Shown here: positions 13,206 through 24,670 of the stretch, one piece after another | How positions within the stretch are numbered: position 1 is the first letter of the stretch | Layout of the letters: every line of letters begins with the position of its first letter | Source: Vicugna vicugna | Lineage: Eukaryota | Assembly: GCA_013265495.1 (NCBI GenBank) | Contig: MU058844.1 | Coordinates: 13,724,184-13,788,183 of the forward strand | Reading direction: 5' to 3' | Length of the DNA stretch: 64,000 nucleotides | The notes under the pieces: generated by a model | The model's input: only the letters and a program-made list of their open reading frames with translations | Databases searched by the model: none | Told to the model about the DNA's origin: nothing | Translations under genes and position numbers: made by a program

Positions 13206-14369
13206 TTTATTTCTGCTTTCTAAGTTGGTTCTACTGCCTAATACTTTTTTTTTTTTTGGTCTTTGCTTAAAAGGGGACAAAATAATTAAACTGACTACTA
13301 GTAAAAGCAAAAAAGTATTGTATTTAGGATTAGAGAGGAGTGTGTAGTCTCTTGGTTTATATTTCATTAATCAGTTGTGTCACCCATCATGGTAATGAAA
13401 TGAAAGCAACTAAAGATGCTCTTAAATCAGTTTAACTAAATGTCCAAATTTGATTATGGCAATAAAAATATTCAGGACAGTCAGAGAATACTGGACTTGT
13501 TAAGATTCTGTATCTTACTAAGGAGTTAAAGCTGATGTTTTTTTTTCCCCCGAAAGAAATTCAAGAAGTATTTATATCTTTTGGAAATAATTAACTGTGT
13601 GTTTCAGTGTGTGGCTTAACATTTTCTCTGAAAGGTTGTTTTGTCATGCGAATTCATATTAGAGTTTTAAACAATTTTTCACTTCTGTCCCCAAAATTGC
13701 TTGATATTCTCTGCTATCCCACAGTTATGTTTCTTGAAAAAATACATAAAAGTAAATTGAAAAGCAGGTTTCCATGGTCTGCTTGAAGAAGAATTTCAAC
13801 AGTGTTTCTCTCCGTCTGGTTCCTCTTCAGAACCGCTCCTGTGCCCGGACGTTATTTTTACTTCCCTCAGTTCTGTTTGAAACCTGCATACAGTAGCTTT
13901 TCAGAAGCCCGCTTTCCCACCTGTCCAGATGTCTTTCTGAATAACAAAGCTAAACTGGTGTGCTTGTATCTGCTTTAGTCTTACTGCAGGTCTCTTTCAG
14001 CTTTCCTCATTCTTTGAGCTCTCACTTTTATTTCCAGGGGAAACCCACCGGATTATTTCCAGCCTTTTGCAAAACAGTATTTGTGACTTATGGTTTCCAT
14101 TCTTCTACTCTTGTATTAAATAAATCCAAAGTCCTTTTTAAAAATCTGCTTCACTTACCTATTTTGATTTCTGATGTTTTTCATATGCTGTTTATTAAAC
14201 AGTAGGAGGAGACAGAGCTCTGAGATCTTGTGGTAACAGGTTTTCAATTCACGGAACAACTGGTATACTTCAAGTTTGCTGTTTATTTTTTTGTTATGTC
14301 TATTATCTTCTGTTTCCTATTCAAATCAGGGTTCTACATATATTCAACTCATGGCTCTACTATTTGCTC

Positions 14370-14580
14370 TTTGGGACACAGGCATTGGAATTATGAAAGC
14401 CTGTGGGTTTGACTTAGTACCTGTGTGATGCTGGGCAAGTTATTTAAAAAATTTCAGAACCTCAGTCTCCTCATCGGTAAAATGCTGGTCAAAGTATAGG
14501 TCGAGGATAAGAGCTCATCTAAAGCTCTTAGCATTTTATTTTGTACTTAAGTATTTAAAGTTTTGACTACTGCAGTTATT
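14370..14580 (+). mobile_element. MIR SINE
   Basis: CTGTGTGATGCTGGGCAAGTTATTTAA...CCTCAGTCTCCTCATCGGTAAAATG. Confidence 0.75.
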
Positions 14581-14834
14581 AATAATTCTTTCTCCCTAAT
14601 CACTCAGACAATCCCTAGTCTAATATGAAGAAAATAAGTATTTCAACACTTGCTTGTTAGAGTTACTGTAATGGACAATAAAATAATATATTTAAGAATG
14701 ATGTCTATAGTTTGTCCTTAACAAACATTAGTTCTCTTCCTGCCTCACTCCGCCCTACTATATTTTGCAGATGTGTGATGTTCAGCTAATTTCCTGTTAT
14801 GTTTTTATAAACATTCACTTTCATATAGCTTCCT

Positions 14835-14990
14835 ACGGACTTTTCATAAAGTGTAGGATGCTTTTTAAAAACACAGACTTCCATCTGCAGAAACTGGTGC
14901 AGACCAAACCAACCGAATCTGAAACTCGGGGTGGAGCCTTTTGCATTTTAAAAAGCCTCTCGGGGGAGTCCGATGCACTTCAAAGCATAA
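14835..14990. mobile_element. MER5-like hAT-Charlie DNA transposon remnant
   Basis: CAGACC..ACCGAATCTGAAACTCGGGGTGG..TGCATTTTAAAAAGCCTCTC.GGGGAGTCCGATGCAC. Confidence 0.6.
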
Positions 14991-15914
14991 AACTCTCCTG
15001 TAGCTGGGAGGTTATTTAGAACATGTAAAGAGAGGGAATCATAAACATATATAATGTAGTAGAGTAAGTTGTATACATCACATACACATAATTAGCAGTA
15101 GAAACCAGGAAAGCACTAAAAATACAGATTATACAATTTTAATGAAATGTCTTCTCTAGCATCCATGACCTGTTGAGGAACAATAGGAAGTAAAGTGCAC
15201 TTTATTGATATCTGCCAATAATTGCAGTCAGTCACCCTAGGAAAAATACTGACCCCTTTGTAAGTTACAATGACATCAAGCACTGTGGTGTGAATAATGG
15301 GCTGCTCCATTTACTAAAGTTACCTACCTGTCTATCTAGCTAGCTAGCTATCTTCATCATCATCATCTATTTAAATAAATGGCTGGTGCAGGAGACCATG
15401 ACTCCAAATTTTTCATAACGAGAAGGCTATTTTCAACTCTTGCTTTTAACGCTCATCAGTCAACATCATCCTATATTCATGGAAAATTTTTCTCATCCTT
15501 CAGTCTAAAAATACCTTTTCTCGTGCTCTCGTACATTAATTTTCTAAGCATACAGTAAGCTCCAGTTGGCTAAATGCCTGTGTTGTTAGCTGGGTGTTTA
15601 TGTAGAGCCTCTGGCTCTTGACAACCAATGCAAATATGTATTTCTTACACATCAAATGACCGAGTTGGAAAGCTAGTAACCCATGAACTCTATATATGTA
15701 GGCCTATCTTATCATAATTGTCAGGAGTAACTCGATTGGATAGTAAAAAGGCATATGGCATAAAATAGGTCATTAAAAGATTGTTAATACATATATTTTT
15801 AAATTAAAATAATTTGAGAAGAATGCAGACTTAGTACAAGGATTCTAGAGTTTTGGTTTCATGACATCCTCATGGACTATTCAGTTTTTGAGCTACTTGG
15901 GACCTCTCTAAAAG

Positions 15915-16185
15915 GCAGTATGCAAATACAGACAGGAGTTAGGACTGCAATCAGAAAACAGGTTGTGGTCCTGTTTCTGCCAATTATTAACTGTGTGATT
16001 TTGGGGTGAGACTTTTTCCTCATTTGACAATGAAAGTTACTATTCATAGATGCCTAAAATGTGCCAGAAACTTGAAATGCTTTATCGGCCTTATGTCATT
16101 TAATCCTTGTAGTAAATCATGTCCTCATTCCCATTCTATAGAAGAGGAAACTGAGGCTCAAGGAGCTGGTCACACATCTGGGGAG
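15915..16185. mobile_element. Two MIR fragments in opposite orientation
   Basis: CTGTGTGATTTTGGGG..TTTCCTCATTTGACAATG (+), then CCCATTCTATAGAAGAGGAAACTGAGGCTCA (-). Confidence 0.6.
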
Positions 16186-16723
16186 CAACACTCGGAAGAT
16201 GAGCTCTATTTCACCTGCCCCCCCAAGGCCTGTGAAGTTAACCACTGTAAAATACTGCCTCTTAAAATGCATAACTCGAGGAAAATATGTATCATATATT
16301 GTTGTTTTTTTAGAATTCACAATACACGATACTCATGTTACTTATTGTTAAAAGGACAGGTAAGCAGGCTCATATTTCTTACTTTTCAGATGAGGGGAAG
16401 ATGAATCAGCTTGTTTAACAAACCATTCCAAACTTAATAGCCTATATATTGTCTTTTATTCAGCTCGAGGTTCTGTGGGTCAGTGCCTTTGGGCTAGGTT
16501 TGGCTGCACAGCTCTTCCGGGCACATGCGTAAGAACAAGGCAGTTCTGCTGCTGGGGATCAGCTGGCTATCACCCAGGGGCAGAGGTAGGGATTTTAGCT
16601 GTTGGGGAGGGGGGCGGGGGTACTTTATTTCTTTCAGGTATTTAAAAAAAATTTTATTTTAAATCATTTTTCTATTATGTCCTCTGACTTGTTTCCCTAA
16701 TACTATTTTTCTTTGTACCAAAG

Positions 16724-16792
16724 GTGTGTGTGTGTGTGTGTGGGTGTGTGTGTGTGTGTGTGTGGTATGAGAGAGAGAGGGAGGGAGAGAGA
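16724..16792. repeat. (TG)n followed by (GA)n microsatellite
   Basis: Direct reading; one GG interruption in the TG tract. Confidence 0.95.
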
Positions 16793-17764
16793 GGTTGGTT
16801 TGCATGTTTCTTATCTTTAAGCAGCTAAGGTTTGTTCTCATAGCATTAGGGTGGGGTTCCAAGAAAGAAAGAACAGAAGCATACAAGACATTTGAAGCCA
16901 AGGCTTTGAACTGGTACAAAATCCCATGTACTTTTTCTATCGGACAAAGCAAGTTACAAAGCCAGTGAATAATATTTAAATAACCCTTATACTGGATTTT
17001 AAAAGAGTTAATTTGTTTGAATGTAAAACTTTGACAAGGATGTCATTCTGACAGTCACAATGTGGCTTCATGAGATCAATCCACATTTCTGGTGGTGATG
17101 CCGTTCTCAGTCTCTGTGGCCTTCTGTGATGCTGACTCAAGGATATAAAGGAAGCAGCATTTCAATTGCTTCTCTGCAAGAGGTAATGTCCATATAGTCT
17201 TTTAAATCCTTGCTCTACACAGACCAACAAAGGAAACCACAACAGTTTTTTCCTCCTCAGTTTTCCATTGCCATCTTTCAAAGACTTGCTTCCCTCCTTT
17301 GCCAACTTTTATCTGTCTTTCACCACAGGATCAGTGGAATTAGTTAGCTGGAAGGGCTTTCTGTTCTCTCCTGTCTTACATAATGAAGCCCAGATATTTG
17401 TCTTAGGATCTTTTCCTCTTATATTGACCAGAAAAAAAATGAAAGGGACTGTATTTCACTCATTGCTTTGCTTATCAATTCCCCATTGATAGTTTTATTT
17501 TTTATCTTTCCACATTCTTATTTTCATATTTATCTGAAATGCTCTCTAATTTCACATCTAATCCTTTATAAATTACAAGAAAAATCTGGATTCTTCTAAA
17601 AGATGATCCTTTTGCCTGTGTGATTATTTCTAGAGAGCTCATATAACCTTTGACTCAAATGGATTCATTAGAGCTTTGTTTTCTCTCCCCTTCACCAAGA
17701 GTCCTTGGCATCTTTCTTTCCCCTTTCTTTTGGTTTCTATATAGATCCTTTATAATACGAATTT

Positions 17765-18230
17765 TTTTAAATTGAAGTATAGTCAGTTTACAATGTTGTG
17801 TCAATTTCTGGTGTACAGCATAATGTTTCAGTCATACATATATATACATATATTCCTTTTCATATTCTTTTTCATTATAGGTTAGTACAAGATATTGAAT
17901 ACAGTTCCCTGGGCTATACAGAAGAAACTTGCTATCTATTTTATGTATAATAGTTTATATCTGCAAATCTTGAACTTCTAGTTTATCCTTTCCCACCCCT
18001 TTTCCCCTGCTGGTAACCAGAAGTTTGTTTTCTATGTCTGTGAGTGTTTCTGTTTTGTACGTAAGTTCATTTGTGTCTTTTTTTTTTTTTTTTTTAGATT
18101 CCACATATGAGCGATCTCATATGGTATTTTTCTTTCTCTTTCTGGCTTACTTCACTTCGAATGATGATCTCCAGTTCCATCCATGTTGCTGCAAATGGCA
18201 AAATTTTCTTTTTATGGCGGAGTAGTATCA
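17765..18230 (-). mobile_element. 5'-truncated, relatively young cetartiodactyl/camelid-type L1 3' end with TSD
   Basis: TTTTAAATTGAAGTATAGTCAGTTTACAATGTTGTG...TTTTAGATTCCACATATGAG...TGGCTTACTTCACTT..CCATCCATGTTGCTGCAAATGGCA. TSD TATAATACGAATTT (17751-17764) / TACAATACAAATTT (18231-18244). Confidence 0.9.
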
Positions 18231-19099
18231 TACAATACAAATTTAATATAAGCAAGCTAAAGGCTTTCATTATTGATTCCTGCCATCTGTATGAGTTATC
18301 TTTCTGGAAGTCTTATAATTTAGTGTAAATATTTCCTCTATTTAAATCAAAAGTAGTAATTTATGCAAAGCGTTTTGCACATAGTAAGATCTCAGTAAAT
18401 GTCATCTATTATTATAAACGCTGCTGCTTCTACACTTAGTATTGCTAATTTATTTTAAAGCAATCCATTTGCCTTTTTCTCCATTTTGAATTTACTTTAA
18501 GGTAAACAAGGAGCTGTCTGGACAGTATGAACATGCATGTTAGAATTTGAATTTAATTTTTCTCTGTAAATTTTCTGGTGATTGAATTTGCTATCACTGT
18601 TATTTTTAGAAGTGCCTCAGTGACTGTGCAAAAGTAGAATCATTCCCTCATTATTTAAGCTTTACACTTTTTTGCATGTGCTAGTAAAGCAAATTCATAT
18701 TTTCACAAAGCTGGATCCATATATCTTTTCCTTAGGCTATTATTACACAATTATTGTCATATTGTTAGTAAATTTCTTATAAATGTATACATACCATATT
18801 TTCTTGCATTAGTTTCCTAGACATAATTAAAAGATCTTTTAATTCCTCATTTTGTTTATTTACTGTCATAATGGGTAGGTGTTTTCTTTAGTGAACTGTT
18901 TATATTTAATTTCCTACCTTGCAGTCCTCTGTATTGCTAAAATTTTCTTATTAGTAACTCATAACTCTTGCTCTTTCCAAATCATAGTGTTAATTATCAA
19001 ACTGTTTTCCAGAGACATCCTCCTACAGACAACCTGATGTTTCACCAATTCTGTGGACTTCACCTTCAGTTTAAGCAAACGGTACCCATGGGCTAGGGT

Positions 19100-19195
19100 C
19101 TCCCTCCTTTCCCACTTCCCTCCCTCTCCCTTTTTATCCTTCTGATTTCCTTCCTTCCTTCCATCCTTCCTTCCTTCCTTTCTCTCCTTCTTTCT
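19100..19195. repeat. Polypyrimidine/(TTCC)n tract
   Basis: Direct reading. Confidence 0.85.
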
Positions 19196-19244
19196 GGAAA
19201 TACACACAGAGACACAGAAACACACTCTATTTGGTGGTAAGTTC

Positions 19245-19700
19245 TGATATGGGTTGAACTGGGTCCTAGTCTTCCCCTCAAACCACCCTCCCCCCCCCCC
19301 GAAAAAAAAGAGATGTGGGGGTCTTAACTTCCAGTACCTCAGAATGTCATCTTATTTGGAATAGGGCCTTTACAGAGGTGATCGAGTTAAAATGAAATCG
19401 TTAAAGTGGGTCCTAATCCTAATATGACGAGTATTCTTATCTAAAGGAGAAATCTGACACAGAGACAGGCATGCATGAAGGGAAAATGATGTCAAGAGAC
19501 ACAGGGAGAAAACCGCTGTCTATAAGCCAAGGAGAAAGGCCTGGAATAGGTCCATTCCTCGCAGCCCTCAGAAGGAACCAATCCTGATGACACCTTAATT
19601 TGGAACGTCTAGCCTTCAGAACTCTGAGATAATAAATTTCTGCTGTTTAAACAATCCAGCTTGTGGTGCTCTGTTAGGACAACCCTAGCAAACGAATACA
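19245..19700 (+). mobile_element. MLT1 (MLT1B/C-like) solo LTR
   Basis: TGATATGGGTTGAA...CCAGTACCTCAGAATGT...AATAAATTTCTGCTGTTTAA...CCCTAGCAAACGAATACA. TG..CA ends and a 5-bp TSD AGTTC/AGGTC. Confidence 0.9.
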
Positions 19701-20199
19701 AGGTCCAATAAAATTTTGAGAAAGGGAGAAATTAGTTAATGAAATCATTGCTTTGGTGCTCGGATATCTGTACCTTTTCTTTTTGGCTTCTGGTAAACCT
19801 GAATTTTTACTTGCTAGAGCACTGTGTTCCTGGAATAAACTTTTAAAACTTGTTTTGTTTTATATAACCATGATGTGGTGACTGGAGACCTACATTTGCC
19901 TGAAAAGAGCAAGCCAGAGCCATGGATAAGAGGCGAGAAACCAGACTCACTTGTCACCTGTAAGTAGCGCTCTCTTTCCCATCAGCTGTCATTAAGAAAA
20001 AAAAATGCAATTGGTCTTAGATTTTTCTCTCACTTGTTGGGAGGGGTGGGGCAGCGGGAAGAGAAAGGGTGCGGAGAGTGGGGTGTAAATAAGGCAGGCA
20101 GACGCTCCAGAGAGGGTGGGGATAGAGCTTGGCGGAAGAAAAATAGATGAACCTGGTTGGTACAACATAGCTTCCCCAGACCCACCCACCCACCGCCCA

Positions 20200-20738
20200 C
20201 CGTTCTCGAGCTCTGTGCTCCGGCGGCGGTGGTTGACGCCGAGCGGCGCGGAAGGGACGGCTCCGGCAACGGCTGCTTAGCGGGGAGACACAAATCCTGG
20301 CGGTCCAAGTCGGAGCCGGGTGATGGTCTTACCTTCGGGCGGGTGAGCTCTCCCGACCTCGGGTCAGCTCCGCTCCAGCCGCGGCCGGCCGCTCTCCCCG
20401 CCCCCGGCCGGGCCGCCGAGCGCCGGCTGGACCCGCCCGAGCTCCATGGTGCGCCCAGCCCCGCGCGATGGTGACTCTGGGCGCCGAGGTCGGCGCGGGC
20501 CGAGCCCACCGAGCGCAGCATGAAGGCGGCCGGCGCGGCCGGCGGCCGGCGGGGGCGGTCTCCGCGAGCCCGGCGCCCCGGGCAGCGGCCCAACCACCTG
20601 AACCCGGAAAACGCCAACAAGTAGTTTCTCGCTGGAGAAGGGCGGCTCGGCTGCGTGTCGGGACTCAGCCCGGCTGCCCGGAGAAGCTCGTCCACTCGGA
20701 AACCAGAGCAGAACCACTTTTCTCTCGGGCTCGTTAAG
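20200..20738 (+). other. KCNC2: Putative non-coding exon 1 (5'UTR); 5' end/TSS approximate
   Basis: Very GC/CpG-rich block ending in the donor GTTAAG|GTACCT after 20738. Mammalian KCNC2 has a non-coding first exon, and the join ...CTCGTTAAG|TCATGTCTGAG... agrees with my recollection of mammalian mRNAs. The TSS cannot be read from sequence. Confidence 0.72.
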
Positions 20739-21854
20739 GTACCTAGGGGCAGGAGGGCAAGGGGGAGATGTGCCGGGACGCGCGTGCTGGCCCTACAAGG
20801 CAGGCATCGCTTCGTTCCGCACTAGGTTGGAGAGGGGCAGCTGTGGGGAGAGGCGGCTGGGAGATGGGAAACGGGGACACTGTCAGCCAGGACTCCCAGC
20901 TCGGGGACCCAGGGGGTGTGCCTCCGGCAGCTTTCCCCCGGGCCTTGTCCCTCCTGGAAAGCAAGCCCCCGCCCTCCCCCTCCAAGGCGTTTATTTTTCT
21001 TGGGAAAGGGGGATGGGATGCATTGATTACTTCTGCTCCCCAAAATGGATCCTAGTTAGTCGGTTCCTTTTCCAAGTAATAATAATATTAACAACAACAG
21101 CAATAATGTGAAAAGGAAATTGGATCAGGGAATTAGGCAGAGATCTCCTTGTGAAAGGCACCAGCAGGGACGTTTTTGCTGTGACTTGTGCATTCAGTCC
21201 TTTTGCCTGGCCCGGGAGGGAGAGTAGAGGCGAACCGAGAGCAGGTCGCGCAAAGGGCACTGCTCCCCGGGGGTCAGGGAGCCGCGGGCCGTCCAGAGTT
21301 GACCGCGGGTAGGCGTTTAATGGGGGGTCGCCGCGGAGCCCGGGGGTCTCCCACCCAACACTGCCAAGTTGCCTGGGCGGAGAGAACTCCCAGCCCAAGG
21401 GAACTGCCTCCAGGAGAGGGCAGGGGGGAGAGGGTAGGGGGGAGAGGGTCTCGGAATGTGGACGTAGGAGAGTGACCAGGGCAGGGGGAGAGGACGGGGT
21501 GGGGGAGGGCTTTGGAGGGAGAGGGACGGGGTTTGGGGAGAAGAGAGAGGAACAGGGGCTGGAAACAGGTTAGACTTGAGAGGACAGAGGGGAGAGAGGG
21601 TGAGGGGTGAAAAGATGCAGGAGGCAGAGCCGAGGGGAATGGGTGTCGTGGCAGGTCAAGGAAGGTTTGGACTGCTATCCCCGCAGTTTTCTGGAAGCGT
21701 GGGAAAGGTGTGAAGCTTGAGGCGGGGACCGGGCCGGGCGCCGAACTCCTCCTCGGAGGGCCCTCTGCCCCTTGCATCTCTGCCAACCCTGCATCTTGGG
21801 ACTCTCGGGCTGCGAGTGGGGGTGGGGGTCACAGCGCGGCTCCGCCGGCCGAGG

Positions 21855-22694
<840 letters not shown>

Positions 22695-24479
22695 TGACGG
22701 TGAGGTCAGAGACCCACCTGGTGCAGGGCAAACTCAGGGGCTCTGCTCCCCCCCCCCCCCCCAATCCCCGTCCTCTCCTCCTCAGGTCAAAGTGAGATTT
22801 ACTTTAGCAGATGGAACCGAAAGGGCAAATGTCGACTTCTCTGGGCAAGTCTGCCTGGAACCTTCTATAAACTGTACGCTTCAAATCACACTTGCTTGAG
22901 TTTCTTTTTCTGACTCTTTTGTCCCAACTTTTTCTTTAGCTCGGGTGCCCCTTCAGGCCTTCTGGTCATCACGATTTGACCTTTTCAGTGAGGCCCGGCA
23001 CTCCTGCACATCTGGCTCACCCGGAGCAGTGGCTCCGATTAGGGATTTAATCTGAGGACAGTCGAGGGGAAATAGAATGTGTGCTGTGGCTGGGCGTGGA
23101 GAGGATGTGCCAGGAGGTTCATTTTGTGATGAGAATGTCCTGAATGTTATTTGGGCCTGTCTCCTTCCAAGGGGCAGCGGTGCTGGGCTTGCTTGTCCCA
23201 GTGAGTTGACTGGTAACCCACCTGCACAGGGAATTTTGGAGTCTGTGCCTTTCCCCTTGTGCTGTATCTGTGTTTTTTACAGGTTGGACTCAGATCGGTC
23301 GCTTTGGTGATCCTCGTTTAGTCGGAGTCCCTAACTCTGAGTAATTTAGATTGTAGACAACTTTATTTTACTCTATAGCTTGTGATCTCATCCTTAATTT
23401 TTCTTTCCAGTCTCTAGCTTGAGTGACAGTTCAAATTTAGGCCTTGACACCCCCAATTAATTCTTCAAAACTCTATGCAGCGACTATAAAAGTAACCAAG
23501 AATGGTTTCCCTAGTTTTAAAGGAAATAAAAGAAATATAAATAACTAAAAATTATACAGTACGTGAATGGTTTTTAATTATATGTGAGAAGGGAGTACTG
23601 TAGTTGCATCTTTGCAACTGCATGTGTCTGGTTAGCTTCTGACACCCAGAAAAGATCTCCCCTGGGCAGAATGGGAATTCTCCCAGCCTGACTTTGGCTC
23701 CATCCTCATTATCGTCATCTTCTGCATGTCAGAGATACTGTGCAGCTGTCTGAGAATGTGTCAGAAGATGTGCTTCTGATACCACTTTGGAAGTCTGAGA
23801 ATATGTTTTGTTTTCAGTTTGGAACAGAATATGAAAGAGAAAATTTAAAGCATTGCAACTTTATGGGATCTGGTATTTAAATGCATGTCCGCATTCTCAT
23901 ATTTGAATATAGAATTAATAGCTTCAGCTCTGAAACCTTCCTTTTTAAGACCATTCTATAAATTCAACAAGAATTGGCATTCAGAGGGAAAAAAGTGCAT
24001 ATTTATTTATTTACTTACTTACTTAAATTAAATCACAGACTCATAACCGTTACCTCTGTGGGGTTTTTTGTTTTTTTTTTTTTGGATTCCAACTGAGTGC
24101 CACAGTGCTCTTTTCATTTGGTGGCTAAAAAGAGAATCTGAATTTGTTTTCAGGCTCATCGTGTAACTTTTTAAATATCATGTGGTATAAAAAGGACAGA
24201 ATGTTTTATCTTTCCTTATAATAATATAACATTTTATTGTAGGCCAGATTGTGTAAAAAAACTTTAAGAAGATGTTCAGTTTTTATTATTGCTATGAAAT
24301 TGATTCTATTGATTATTGGTCGAAGGGTAGACCATTAACTTGAAAACAGCTTTTTATAAAGCTTACTAAGATTTCATTGTAATAATATTAAGGATTTGAC
24401 CTGCATCCATTTTAGGTCAGGAAAAGAACACAGATAGATTAGAGATTAATACAAGGTCAAAGAGCCATTTGAAGCAGAA

Positions 24480-24670
24480 TCAGCTGAGAATCGTAGACCT
24501 GGAAAATTTCTTTGAGGTCACCTCTTGAGGACCCTGCATTTTGTGGATGAGGAAAGTGGAGACTGCAGATGCTAAGTGATGGCCAAGGTCATACACCTAG
24601 TTAATAGCAGAGCCAGAATTATGCTGGAGGTCTTATGACATCCTCTCCAGGCCGTTTCCACCACAACCAC
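24480..24670 (-). mobile_element. MIR-family SINE
   Basis: CATTTTGTGGATGAGGAAAGTGGAG..AAGTGATGGCCAAGGTCATACACCTAGTTAATAGCAGAGCCAG. Confidence 0.7.

Noticed and set aside
19910..20460. REST/RE1-like partial matches (CAGAGCCATGGATA ~19915; TCCATGGTGC ~20443)
   Set aside because: Only about half of the 21-bp consensus matches by eye; a PWM scan would be needed.
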